Shown: positions 36,021-49,300 of the stretch, piece after piece
Position numbering within the stretch: position 1 is the stretch's first letter
Layout: every line of letters starts with the position of its first letter
Source: Cyanophora paradoxa CCMP329
Taxonomy: Eukaryota > Plantae > Glaucophyta
NCBI GenBank assembly: GCA_004431415.1
Contig: QPMI01000503.1
Location: 1 to 64,000, forward strand
DNA length: 64,000 nt
Direction: 5' to 3'
Made by a program: the position numbers and the translations under genes
Notes under the pieces: generated by a model
Database searches by the model: none
What the model saw: the letters and a program-made list of their open reading frames with translations, nothing else
What the model was told of the DNA's origin: nothing

Positions 36021-36710
36021 CTACTGCTGGGCATCCTTCTGAGCCTTCCTCTTCTGACGCCTCTCCATCCGACGCTGGATCGCCCGCTCCTCATTGCGTT
36101 TTTCGGTCAAATAAAGCCAGCTACACACAGCGATGACCGCGATCTGTATGCCCAGATTTGGGAGAACTTCGGAAAGCGGTAGCGAGCCTCGAACGCCGCC
36201 AAGCGTAGCAGCGAGCTTTGCCTGCGCCGTTCGAGGGGCAAAGCTAGTTAGCTGACCGCGCATGTCACGTCAAAATGCGAGGGGCACCAGGAAAAAGAAA
36301 GCTCCAATCGCGCCGGAGCCGCCACAAACACCGTAGAAAAACATTCTGAAGGTGCGGAAAGGAGTCTTAACCTCCTGCTCTAGCCTGCTGGCCATCGAAG
36401 GCGGCCGGGCCGGCTGCTGCTGCGAGACGCGCGGCGGCTGCGGCAGCGGGGGAGCCGGCGCAGGCTGGTCGGCCTCCCCGGCGTTAGAATCCTCGGCGCA
36501 GACAAAGAAGCGCGCGGGCTTGGCATCCCGCGGCGCGCGCACTGGCCTGTCTGGCGCTCAGTGCGCCAATGGGCCGGCGCAACGCCTGGCCCTTGCTCAC
36601 CTGACGAGTGCCGTCGACGCGGCGGATTGCCTCGAAATTCCAACCGGCGTGTGGAAGCTGACGCGTGTCTGCGGCGCTGCCAACAACGGCGTTACGAAGC
36701 TGAGCTCCAT
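36021..36710 (-). CDS. Plastid-targeted DUF3493/LPA1-like thylakoid membrane protein
   Basis: RLEQEVKTPFRTFRMFFY...G...PNLGIQI two-TM core; transit peptide MELSFVTP. Confidence 0.75.
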
Positions 36711-37053
36711 GCCGATCGCCTGCGCACATGAAGGCGTCAACAGCGCCGCGTACGCGCGACGGTGCATCAAGAACGTCGGTGCCCTGCTGCGAGGCACCAG
36801 ATCGATTGGAATCTGTCAAGCGCGTTGGCGCACCGTCTGATGTGATTTGCCGGCCGGGTACCGACCAAATCAAATTGTGCGAACCAGCACAGCGTTCACG
36901 TGGAAGCCGCAGGTGCGCGAGTTGTAGAGCGCTCTAGCATGGTGCCGCAGAGCACAGCAAGCCCCCGCGCGCCGCAGGCCCCCCTCGATCCGTCGCGCAC
37001 GCGCCTGCTCACGCCGCGCCCATGCGCAGCCGCTGAGCTCTCTGCGCAACGCT

Positions 37054-37701
37054 ATGGTCGTCGTCGGCGTACTCGCGCTGCAGGGAGACGTCGCGGAGCA
37101 CAAGCGCAGCATCGAGGCCTGCGGCGCAGAGGCTGTCGAGGTTCGCAGGCCGGCCGATCTCGAGCGCGTCGACGGCCTCATCATCCCCGGCGGAGAAAGC
37201 ACGACGATTGGGAAACTCCTGAACTTCAACCAGCTGTTCGATCCCATTCGGCAGCGCATCGCCAGCGGCATGCCGACGTTTGGAACTTGCGCCGGCGCCA
37301 TCCTCCTTGCGCGGGACGTCCTGAGACAGCCGGACCTGCCCCGCTTTGGCGCGCTCGACATTCAGATCGAGCGGAATGCATACGGTGCCCAAGTGGACAG
37401 CTTCGAGTCGAGGCTTCCCATCCCAGAACTCGGCGATGCGCCCCTGCCCATTACCTTTATTCGAGCTCCCGTTATCCACCAAGTGGGCTCGGGTGTGCGC
37501 GTTCTTGCAAAGCTTGGCGAGCAGCCGGTACTCGTTCAGTCTGGCCACCTCTTGGCGGCCACGTTCCACAGCGAGTTGTCGGACGACGCCCGCCTCCATA
37601 GTTACTTCGTGAAGCTTATATCCGAGTCCAAGAGGCCTTTGCATGAGGCCTCCTCTACCTCTCGCAAAGCTGAGCATTACATTCCTGTGTACCAGCACTA
37701 G
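37054..37701 (+). CDS. PDX2: PLP synthase glutaminase subunit, intronless
   Basis: GVLALQGD, PGGEST, GTCAG, RNAYGAQVDSFE, FIRAP, FHSEL. Confidence 0.97.
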   Translation: MVVVGVLALQGDVAEHKRSIEACGAEAVEVRRPADLERVDGLIIPGGESTTIGKLLNFNQLFDPIRQRIASGMPTFGTCAGAILLARDVLRQPDLPRFGALDIQIERNAYGAQVDSFESRLPIPELGDAPLPITFIRAPVIHQVGSGVRVLAKLGEQPVLVQSGHLLAATFHSELSDDARLHSYFVKLISESKRPLHEASSTSRKAEHYIPVYQH

Positions 37702-38908
37702 CTAGTCCTCCCGCTTGTTTTTCTCATCATTACTAAGCCTGTGATGAAGAGCTGCAATTGTCCTTGAGATAACAAGATCCACGTTATTTGCTGCAGTGAT
37801 GATTGTTGTCAGCTTTGAATGATATTGAAATATCCGAAGTACGCACCTCCAGCATCGACTGTGACGTCGGCCTGCCCATAGAACCCCTTGCGTTGACTGA
37901 TTAGTTTGTTGAGCTTGTCCATCAAGGCATCGGCCTGTAAGGTATCACTCGAATGATTCGATGAACTTGGGAGGGAAATTTGGGGAGGAGGGCACCTCTC
38001 CAGCAAGCAGGGGCCTCGCCGCAGAAGCATCAGGATTCGAGAGACGTGCATGCAAGATTTCCGGAGCAACATCCAACCAGACGACAATGCCCGTTTGAAG
38101 GTAACTCCAGTTCTTAGGGCGAATGACTACACCTCCCCCTGCACATATGAAAACGTTAGAGCCAAATGCGCTTAACTGCGACCAATATTTACGCGAACCA
38201 GTCGAAATGACACAACCCAACAAAGGGGCCACATTTCGCAGCACCTCGGACTCCATGTCACGGAAGGCCGGTTCGCCATCCTGTTCGAAAATCTGGGGAA
38301 TGGGCTTCTTGGCGAACTATGGATCAGAGAATCAGATCTTTGCGAGCAGGCAATCAGAACGGAGAGCGAAGGCAGGCCTGCTCGATGATGGCATCTGTGT
38401 CCAGATACTTGTAACCCAGTCTGGAAGCCAAAGCCTTGCCGACTGTGCTTTTCCCGCATCCCATCATTCCTACGAGATACACGCTGACGTTCTTGAGCAG
38501 CTCCTGGAGCTCCTTCGTGAGCACGTCGAGTTCCTGCTCGTTCTGTGGCTGTTTCACAGGGCCCGGCTGAGGCTTTGGGTTCACTGATCCGACCCCTGAT
38601 CGCCAGAAGCTTAAGCTAGAAGGAGAAATAACGCGTCACAATGTACCGTTGACTCCGGAGCACACGCAATCAAAGGAGAGCTCACGCTTGCGACGCTCGC
38701 TTGGCACAAACAGACTGAGCTCTGAGGACGATCAGCGGCGCCGGCGATTAGCATCCGGCGCTGAACCTTGCGCGTGGCCAAAGAAGCGGCGCTGAGCTCT
38801 AGCGCGCTCGTGCTTCACAACCGCTTGCTTCGAAAGCCCAGCCGGCTTGTGAAAGCTGACGCGTGACTGCGGCGCCGCGAACAACGGCGTTACGAAGCTG
38901 AGCTCCAT
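37702..38908 (-). CDS. aroK: Plastid-targeted shikimate kinase
   Basis: [35 protein letters not shown]|GGVV, RPLL; last exon ANNVDLV...RED*. Confidence 0.93.
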
Positions 38909-39304
38909 GCCGATCGCCTGCACATGAAGGCGTCAACAGCGCCGCGTACGACCGTGCATAAAGCGGAGACGCCAGGGGCTGCGGAATCCATATATGCTGA
39001 GCAAACCGTTTGCGAGGCACCAGATCGAAGTTCGCGGCAGCTGCGCCGATGGAGCTCGGTCGACGTCGGACCGAGCTTTGGAATCGGGGCCGTACTTGTA
39101 CCCCTGCAGGGTCTATTATCCCCCCCTCTCGTTGCATTCTGGATTTTCTCGAATTCGGTGTGTGTCGAATTCGAAAGCGGAGCGACGTAAACACGGCAGC
39201 TAGAGAACTAGATCGGAAACTTAATCATTAAGTCAAAAAAACTTCAACGATCAAAGACCAGCGACGAGTACTGTAGGCTTCAGTTGGTGTCATTCAATTT
39301 CTAA

Positions 39305-40230
39305 TTAAACGGACTTCTGCTGCTGTTTGGGCATACGAATGAACTGAGGGGGCGCGCCAGTGGAATAATCGGTTGGCATTGATATCTGCTCGGTTCCTGG
39401 ACTTTAGGAAGATTCACATGCAAATTCAGCTTAACGAACCCTCTGGCTCCCAGATCGCGATGCCCACAACATTCCTGTATAAGGCATGACATTCCAATTC
39501 AGTGTAAGGTTGATTGCCGTTGCGCTGCAGCAAATGTGAGGCAATGCGACGAGAGTGAGGTTCACAGCCATCGTACCGCAAGCCGAAACCTTGATCGACC
39601 AGAATGTATTTATTTGGCTCGTTTGTGAGCCGGAGCTTTGCCTGCTCCTGTTTTGTGATGATCCTGTCCCAGAGCACAACCTGATTGCTCGGCTGAAAGC
39701 ATCCCATGCCAACAAAAGTCAAGAGAATATCATAGCAATATAGCGTGAGCGGCGTACGTGGGTCTCGGTGCTGTACTCGGCGGTAATGTAGATGAACAGC
39801 TGTTTCACGTTCCAGTTGAACAGGGACGAGAGGTCTGCAACCAATCAGCTGCCGGTCTAGGATTGAGATAGTTATTTTTTGCCCGCACCCGCAGAGACGT
39901 TAAAGATGAGCACAGCCTGGTCATTGCTCTGCTGGGAATGGGAGTGCGGGGTCATTGAGACCCCCCGCCGTCTGCGATCGATATCGGCATCAGGTTGAGC
40001 GGGTCTGGGCTCGGAGCGATGCGTACAGCTGAGCCACGTTTGCGGAAAGCGCGTGGAGTTGCGGGTTGGATGGGATGAAGCGGGTACTGAGGGAGCAGAA
40101 CAGAAGCATCACGGAGAGACATGAGACCGCGAACGTCAGGATCGCGTTAACGCGAAACCAGCTGCCGGCGCGACACACGTTAGCTACGGCGACGACCGGG
40201 CGGCCGAGTCCAGCGAACGCACAAGTTCAT
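39305..40230 (-). CDS. SPCS3: Signal peptidase complex subunit 3 (SPC22/23)
   Basis: DLSSLFNWNVKQLFIYITAEY, NQVVLWDRII, KYILVDQG, LNWNVMPYTG. Confidence 0.95.
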
Positions 40231-40626
40231 TGGTATTCGCGCGAGCTGAGCTACGCGACGTCACCGCCGCGAGCTGCTATGCTGCCCCGCGCGCGCCGCT
40301 GCTTCCGCCGCGCTGTTCCACGCGCGCCGACACTTCTGCCACGGCGAACCCGTCGTGTCGAAACAAAACCGGGTATCTGCAAGATGCTGCGCCTAATGCA
40401 CGAAGCGGCGCGCCGGATGGTGGCGGGCGGCGGGCGGGAGCGCAGGTCTAGAAGCCTGTACCCCCCACGGCCCTTTTCAAGGTCCTGTCTGAAGAAGGCC
40501 CGCCACTGGTCGCCGAGCGCCGCAGGACGTAGGCCTGGTCACCTCTTGCAATTTTGAAGCCCAGCCGCCGCCCCGTGTTTGAACAAGGAACAGCGCCAGC
40601 CAGGAGACTGCGGCGCCGCCTAAGCC

Positions 40627-42687
40627 ATGGTACATGCTGTCGCAGAATAGCAACTAGATTTTAGCTTCGCTTCTTGATGCCTAGCTACGCAGAGCGACGA
40701 TGAGTTCGATATGGGCGGCCGCCCGCAGCGGCAGGGACAGGGCGATGACGATGAGTTCGACTTTGACGAGTACAAAGGAGGCTCGGGTGGCAAGGGTGGA
40801 GGCACAGTCGGCAAGGCAGGCACGGCTTCGCGCGCCGCGCCACCGTCTAATGCGTCGCAGGCGGTCCAGAACAAGCCGTACGATGAGGCAGTAGAGCTCA
40901 GCGATCAGGACTCTGAGGGAGATAACGGCATGGGCGGCGCACCGCCGAAGATGGGATCCAGCGCGCCCGGCGGTGCGGCTCGCTCGACATAAGTCGTTCC
41001 CTTGTGGACGCAGGTGGTTGATAGGCGCGAGCAGATAAGAGCGCTGTGCAAGTGCAGAACAGGCCTTTCGACGAAGCGTACGACGTGGACTCGGATGGTG
41101 GCAGCGAGAGCGGCAAACAAGCGGGAATGAAGCCGAAAGGTTTGGCACTGTGGCTCGTAACTTGGGCGTTATCGCAATCGCAAACTGACAACCCCAAGCA
41201 GGGAGGGGAAACACACCTCCACAGATGCTGGACAACGAGGATGGGGATTACAACAGCGATGACGACCCAGGTGTCCCGCAACCGCAACAGCCCCCAGCCC
41301 AGGTGAGAGGAGTTGAGCTGTAGCATCTGAATGTGCTAAGCGTTCCAAGCAGTCGAAACCCGGCCCTGGTGCATCGCAAAAGATGCAAATGCAGTCAGCT
41401 TTTTCCTATGTTTGTGCTTCATTCTCCCTCAGACGAGTTCGAACAGGCAGCAAGCACCACAGCAATCAGAAGCTAGTTCTTCGGAGGAGGAGGATCAAGA
41501 AGACCCCGAGTCTCCAGGGGCCAAGGCTGCGTACGTCTGACTTTCCAAGGTGGAGTCCCAGCAGGGGTTCTAATATTGCAGCAGCGGTGGTTACAATGCT
41601 GCGGAGTATGCTTCTCTGCAAGTCTCTGCTGAGATCAAGGACCTTTTCCAGTACATCGGGCGTTACAAGCCTCATTCGATCGATTTGGAAACAAGGCTCA
41701 AGCCTTTCATTCCGGACTACATCCCTGCCGTTGGCGATATTGATGCTTTCATCAAGGTTTGCTGGTCGACGCAAACCTGATCCGTTTCCAGCCCTTGACA
41801 CGTTCTTCCAGGTACCAAGGCCAGATGGGAAGACCGATGGACTAGGACTTTCTGTTCTTGACGAGCCAGCAGCAGCACAGTCAGACCCTACAGGTGTTTC
41901 TCTCTGATTCTCGATTCTTGATTCTCCTCTGATTTTTGGTCGGTACCAGTCGTCGATCTCCAGTTGCGTGCCGTCTCCAAGCAGTCCAACATCCAGCCCA
42001 TGGTTGTTCGGAGCATTGACAATGCTGAAAAGAACCCGAAGGTGCCATTCCATTTACGTGTACTATCTCGGTTCGGCTCTCATTTGCGCTGCTGCAGGCT
42101 GTTAACAACTGGATCACTTCGATATCAGACCTTCACAAGTCGAAACCAGCTCCAACAGTGAACTACTCGAAGGCGATGCCGGACATTGAGCAGCTAATGC
42201 AGGTCTTCCCTGACGAGTTCGAACGTCTACTCCAGACTGTGCGCAATTGTCTTGCCTAGCTGCTTTTTTCACCTCTTCTACTGCTCTGAACAAAGGAGAG
42301 CAGACCAAGCTCCCTAGTGGAGACCTGGATGTGGACTTGAAACAATATGTTCGCATCATATGTGCCATCCTGGTGCGGTGTAGTGTTCAGATCGAGCTCG
42401 CAATTTGATGAACTGACTTTGCTCGCCAGGACATCCCTGTGTATCAAAACGTTGTAGAGTCCCTCCACCTTCTCTTCTCCCTTTACTCCGACTTCAAGGT
42501 CTGTCATCTGTAACCGTAATCGCCCTCTGCCACAGCTAAACTGGCGATGCAGGACAATGCACACTTTGGTGGTGCCGCACAGGGCTTGGTCCCGGGGGGC
42601 CCTGCTCCGCAGATGGGGAGTCCCATGGGCAACCCCATGGGCAACGTCATGGGTATGGGTGGCGGCGATGTCCTCACCCTCGATTAG
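40627..42687 (+). CDS. IFT46: Intraflagellar transport protein 46
   Basis: EIKDLFQYIGRYKP...LKPFIPDYIPAVGDIDAFIK|VPRPDGK...LGLSVLDEP...QSDPT; acidic N-terminus. Confidence 0.96.
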
Positions 42688-43313
42688 CATTCGTTCAAGT
42701 GTAGAGAGTGTAAACTGCAGCGCCGTTGCCGCGGGCCCAGCCAACCAGGAAGCTGGCCAGCCTAAATTAAATCAATGTCCAGGTCGGAATGAGGACGTGA
42801 AGGCACCTTATCGGTGTTATGTGGACGGGATGAGGACGTGAAGGGTGCTGCTTTCCTTTGTACGGGTCTTTCTAAATCTAAAATTAATGCTACGGGACTG
42901 CGGCTACGCCGTCAGGGCTAGATCATTTAGATCTAGAAGGGCTGGCTATAGATCATTTAAAAGGGCTAGATCGAATTCGCTTTCTTTGTTTTTTTTGCCG
43001 GAGGGGGCTGTTCATTTTGGGGTACGCGCTCTATCGTCGCTGGATCGTTGGCTGTCGTGAGCCCGCCCGGCCAGAGGCATCAGATCGACGACCCGTCTCC
43101 CGCTCTGCCATCTCACATGGTTCTGCCCGCTGCTCGCCGACCGCAGCTAAGCACCTCCGCGAGCAGCTATAGCTAAGCGGCTCAGCTGGCCCATATGGGC
43201 TAGCTAGTAGAGCATCACACAGGCATGCCGCCACTTCCTCTGCGAAGCTAGCTGACTTTCTCAATCCGGCGGCCGTGCGGTGGGCGAGGCCGGACGTTGT
43301 GCTCGGCAAAGAG

Positions 43314-46300
43314 ATGGCAGGCCGCAGCTCTCACGCGGTCGGGCTGTCTACCTGCCTCGCCTTTCTGCTTCTTGCGCAGCTCCAGCTCGGAGGTACGGGG
43401 CGCCACGCTCTCGGGCGGGGTGAGGCGCCACGCTAATGAGAGTCCCTATGCACATTCAGCGGCCGAGCTGCCCCCCGGCGTGAACGGGGCGCTGTGCAAC
43501 TCGGCCAGCAGGCCGGCGCCCATCCAACTCACCCCGGGCTCTTACGTCGTGCACACCTTCTCGGCTGCGCTCGAGTGCCAAGAGTTCAACTACACACTTC
43601 AAGGAGGTCCTCTCTTTAACCCTGCCCAGCCCGCCGCACCGTGCCCCGCCCCGCCTCGCCAACGCGCCGCCGCCGCAGGCTTCGTGGCGACCTTCTCAAT
43701 CGAGGACGTGTACGCGGTCCCGCTGGGGTATCACCGCCACGAGATCTACTCCGTCATGGGGGCCAGCGGCAGGCGCGGCCGCTCACCGGCTGCCCCGCAT
43801 CCGAGACGCCCCTCACGCGCCTCGGCCCGCAGCTTCCCGACAGACCAGATCGACTCGACCGCGCGGGGCACTGGCGCGTCGTCCGCGAAGACTACGGCGA
43901 GCGCGGAGCTCCGCCGCTGCGGCGCCAACACGCTGGCGGGCCTCACGCGCTTCGCCGTTCTCAACACGGACCAGACGAACAGGTGCGCTCGCGCGGCGGC
44001 GTCACCCCTTTTGGGTCCTTGCATCCGTTTCGAGCACGCCGGCGCCCCGCAGCGGGATGCAATTCAACTACACGGTGTCGATCCGCCCCTGCCGTGCGCG
44101 CGATTCCCCTCCCTGGGTAGGTTTTTTGCAGTGGATTCACGCCCCGAGGGCAGAGGGCATCATCACGGGCATCGCGCCGCTGGACGGGCCTCGTGTGGGA
44201 GGTGGACCCGCCCCGCCTCTCCTCCCCCCCCTCGCCCCCCCCCCCCCCCGCCCCCCCCCCCCCCCCCCCCCGCCCCCGCCCCCCGCCCCCCGCCGAGCCG
44301 GCCGCGGCAGGGAACGTGGTGACTGTGACGGGGGAGGACATCATGACGGGGGCGGGTGACCTGGTGGAGGCCTCCTCGACCTTCCACGACCGGACCCTGC
44401 GCCAGGCGGACGTCCTCTCCGTCTCCGCCGACCGCTCGACCGTCGTCCTGCGCGTCCCGACCGCCCCCGCCGCCCGCGCCGAGCCGGCCCGGAGCGTCGT
44501 CGCCACCGTCGTCTCCGCGTTCCACGGGCGGTCGGTCTCCCCGTCCTACACTCTCAACCCGGACTCGTACCTCGACCGCATCACTCCGTACCCGGACGGC
44601 CCCAGCAGCTTCGCGTACCCCGTCGTCATGTCCGTCACGAACCTCATCCCGGGGGATACCTCGTTCGTCGCGAACATCGCGGGTACCCCCCTCACCGCCG
44701 TCTCGGTAGTCAACGCGACGGCCCTGAGAGCCACCGGTGCGTCGCCGCCTCCGCCCCCGCGCCCCCGGCCGGCGCCGAGCCTTCCCCCCCCCCGCCCGCG
44801 CGCAGTGCCCGTGCGGCCGGCGCACCTGGCGGCGGCCGTGTGGCACCCTTTCAACGCCACCTCGGTCCGCTCGGGCACCTTCACGGGCCACTTCCTCTGG
44901 AACCCCGGTACCCCCGGCGGCCCCGCTCGCCCGCCGCGGGCCGCCTGACCGTCTCTGCAGACCTCACGTTCGAGTCGATCGCGCCGCGCGGGGACGGGCC
45001 GGTCGTCGGGGGTGCGCCGCCTCGCCCCAGGCCCCTCCGTCCCCCGCCGACCAGGCGACCGGCGGCGCGGCGCAGGGAACCTGATCACGGTACGGGGGTA
45101 CGGCTTCATCCACGGCGATGTCACGCTGCGCGCCTCGATCGGGAACTCGTCAGCGCGCATCGCGTGCCCCGCCATCGAGATCGTACCCCCCGTGAACGGC
45201 GAGGTGCGCGCGCCCGAGCTCCCCCTGTCGCTCGCTTCGCGCACGGCGCTCACGGCCAGCCGACGCAGGCCTACTCGCGAGCGGTGGTGATCACGGTGCC
45301 TGCGCTGAAGGCGCCCATGCGGACGGACTACGCGTACGACGTGATCCTCGAGTCGGTCCGCTCGGGCACCTTCGCCTACTCTCGCGTGTACTCGTACAAC
45401 CCGCAGGCGCGCCCCCGCCCGCCCCGCCCGCCTGCCCTTGACCGCGTCGCCGGCCTGACCCGCGGCGGGCAGCCCGAGGTCCGCACGCTGGCGCCCAACG
45501 CCCTCTCGACGCACGACAACGGCCCCGCGGCCGGCGGCCTCCCCGTCACCCTCGTGGGCGTCAACGTGCGCGCGCCTCGCACCCCTTTCCCGCCCCGCCG
45601 CCGACGCCGGCCCGCCCTCCGGCGCAGTTCGTGCCAGGCGACACGACGGCGCGCGTGCTGGCGGGATCCGTCGAATTCTTGAACGTGACGGTCCTCAACG
45701 CAACGCACATCGCATGCGTCCAGCCGCCCGCCGGCTCGAACGAGTTGAACACGCCGCACCCCGTCCTCCTCTGGTCCCTGCGCGCCGGCAACGCCACCGG
45801 GCCCTCCTACACGTGGAACGCCGGTGCGCGACGGGCGCCCAGCTCGCTCTTTCTCCTCCCGCGCGGCTCACGCCGCCCGCGCCCAGTGATCACCATGGCG
45901 GGGCTGAAGCCCTTTCCGGACGCTCCCAAGGCCGGCAAGACCCTCACCATCGTCGTGCGCGCCGCCGCCCCCACCGGATGCAGAGCGCCGCATCCCCGCC
46001 GCGCCTCACACCCCGCGCGAAGGGCCGCAACTTCGCCGTGGGTGACGTCACGCTTCGTGCGCACCTCGAGGACGACGCCGGCCGGCTCGTCCGCGTCGGG
46101 GACCCCCTACCCCTCCGCGCCCTCTCGTCGGGCTCCGGGTGGTCCACGGCAGCCGAGGTCGTCATACCGCCGCGGACCGCCGGCGCGTGGACGGCCGGGC
46201 AGTCCTACCGCCTGCACGTCGCGTCGACGCGCTCGGGCCCGGCGAACGGCACCGTGCCGCTGCTCTGGCTGCTGGACCCCATCTACGGGAGGCTGCTGCC

Positions 46301-49300
46301 CTTCCCGGACACGAGCCCCCGGATGCAGGCCCTCGCCATCCTCACCGGCACGAACGTGCGCGGCCCGCCCAGCCCCGCCCGAGCTCGCCCCCCGCCTCGG
46401 CTCAGGGTCCGGCGCCTCGCTCGCGCAGTTCGTGCCGGAGGACGGCGTGAGCGCGACGGTCGTGCGCGTCTGGACCCCCGCGGGGGAGGAGCTCCGGGTC
46501 CGCCCCTTCCCCGCGCCGCGAGACGAGATTAGAGGCATCACATATCAAAGAAGAAGACCCCTGCGGAAGAGCACGCGGCATCTGCGCTCACGCCGGGGGC
46601 GGCAGGCGAACGAGGTGGAGACGACGTCGGCGGGGACGGTGCAGTGGCGCTGGCCGACCTTCAGCGCCGACTACGTCGTCACCCGCGTCCCCTCCAACCT
46701 CAGGTCCGCCGCTTCCCTCCGGACACAGCTTGCCGGCTCTTGCCATCAGAGGGCGTCGAGCGGGAAGATAGCTGAGCGGGCCACAGCATCGTGTCGGAGC
46801 GCTGGGGCGAGCTGTTCATGGCGAACGCCTTCCTGTGGAACCCGTCGCCCGTCCTCGACGCCTACGCCCCCACCTGGCGCCTGGTGCCCCCGCCCCGCTC
46901 GCCCTGCTTTGCTTCGCTCCGCTCTCGTGACTCCGCGCCGAGCAGACGGTGGCGGGGTCCTCCCCGCTCGCGTACGCCGAGGGGCCACCGGTCGCCTCGG
47001 GGCCCTTCTACGCGGGCAACCCCATCACCGTCTACGGTCCGCGGCTCCCCCCGGCCCGAGTCCGGCGCGGGCCAACCCCGACCCCGCCGCCGCCCCGGGC
47101 CGCCGCAGGGCGGAACTTCCTCCCGGGGCCCTTCACCGTCTTCATCGACAAGCAGCTGACCTCCGACGGGGTGCGGCCCTCCCCTTCTCGTTTGTGGAAC
47201 TGCCGCTCTCTTGGGCGCCTCGCCCGCCTCGACACGCCCAGCGCCGCGCCGCCGCCGACGGTTGCGGGGCGCAGGAGGTGCTGAGCAACACGACGCTGGT
47301 CTTCCGGCCGCCCCCCGCCGACCAGGCCCTGGGGGCCCCCTCCCCCGTCCTCCCCGCCGTCCACTCGGTGCGGCCCCTCGCGTACCCCCCAGGCGCGATT
47401 GCCTCGCGTGAGTCACGCCTCTTCAGATCCGGCTCGTCTCGACGCGCTTCGGGGTCGTCACGGGGTCCGCCTTCCTCTACGCCTTCAACGGCCGTGCGCC
47501 CGCCCGCCCACCCCGGCAGCTCCCGCTCTAGAGGGCTGGCTGAGGCGGCGCCGCCGTGGCCTCCACAGGGACGGCGATCGAGTCGGCGCTGCCGCGGGAC
47601 GGGCCCACCACGGGCAACGTCCTCACCGTCGCCGGCACCAACTTCGTCGTCGGGCGCGCCCGCCCGCCGCCTGCCTTTCGCAAATTCTTTCAAAGCTCTG
47701 CTGACGGGCGGCCGCCGGCAGGTCGGAGGACCGCCTCCTCGTCACGCTGGCGGGCCTCCCGATGGCGGCCCGCGTCGAGTCGCCCACGCGCCTCCTCGTC
47801 GAGATCCCCGCCCTGCCGGCCGCCCTCTCCACCGAGACCCCCGTGCGCCGCGCCGCTTTCCCCGGCGCAACGGCTGCCGCGGCCGCCTCGCTGACTCGCC
47901 TCGGCCCTGCGCCGCCGCAGTACGACCTGCGGATTGAGTCGTACCGGTTCGGGAACTACTCGCGGCTGGGGGCGTACAGCTGGAACAACCCCGCCCGCCT
48001 CGACGCCCTCGCGTGCGCCCCGGCCCGCCCGCCCGCCCGCCAGCTCCGCGCCCCTCGCGCCGTCCCATGCTTCGCCGCCGCAGGCCCCTGGTGGGCCCCC
48101 TGGCTGGCGGGAACCTCCTTACCCTCACGGGGTACAACATGGCCGACTCGATCCCCGACATCCTCTCCGTGCGCCCCTACCCCCGCCCGCCCGTCCCATC
48201 CCCTTCGCTCACCGCCCGGCGGCCGGCGCGGCAGATGACGATCGTGGGGATCCCCATGCGGGCCTCGCAGCTGGTCTCGGCCTCGCCGGAGCGGGTCGTG
48301 CTGCGGGCCCCCAACGGCATCTCCGTCGGCCTCGTCCAGGTCCGCCCCCCGCCAAGGGCGCAGGGAGGCTCCGGATCCAGGAGACAAGCTCTAGGGGTCC
48401 TAATCGATAGGGCCGAGGGCTGGTCCCTGCGGCGCGGCGCCCCGACCCGGCGGCTCGCCTCCCGGGCGAGGGGGCGAGGGCCGCGAAAGAGAAGAGGGAG
48501 GGCAAGAGAGCGGGGACTGCACTCTCCTCGACGCTGCGGCGCGGCGCCCTGACCCGGCGGGGGCGCGCAGGGCGACCTGCACCTCGCCTCGGCGCGCTTC
48601 GGCAACTCCTCCCTCCCCGCCGCCTACCGCTTCGTCCCCGGTCCGCCCCGCCCCCGCCCCCGGCCCCCGCCCCGCCCCCCGCCGACGGCCGGGGCGCGGC
48701 GGGGCGGGGCAGGGACGCCGGCGCCGGACTCGCTGGTCTTCACCGTCCGCCTCAACTACTCGTACGCCCTCTTCGGCGACGCCGCCCACGACCGGTCCGC
48801 CCCGGCCCGCCCCGCCCCAACCCGCCCCGCCCGCCCCGCCCCGCCCGCCCCGCCCCGCCCCGCCCCGCCCCGCCCCACCCCGGTCCGCCCCGCCACGCTA
48901 CGCTCTTAGCGATTCCTAGCCGTGATATCCCGCCTTGTCTCGCTTTGGTTCGCCCGGCGCCTGTGGCTGACGGCGGGGCGGGGCGGGGGTGGGCAGGCTA
49001 ACGGGGGCGCTGGGGCGCGTGCTCCGCATCTCCCCCTCCCGCTTCGTCGTCCTCTCCAAGACCGAGGGCTCCACCCTCCTCGTCTTCGAGGTGCGCGCGC
49101 CCAGAGGGCAGCACCAGCAGCAGCCCGAGCCGGCGCTGACGCCGGCGCCGCCCGCCCCCCCGCCCGCTTGCGCCGCACCGAGGCCGCCGGCAGGTGCGGG
49201 AGTCGAGCGGGGCGGAGCAGGCGGTGGGCGAGGTGAGCGCGAGCGAGGCCTCGCGGCGCCTGAAGGCGCTCCTGGCGGCGCCGGGCGGCCTGGACCTCTC

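Noticed and set aside
45631-47937. 768-aa ORF as a stand-alone gene
   Set aside because: It reads through GC-rich introns and frames of the IPT/TIG gene; stop codons are rare at this GC content
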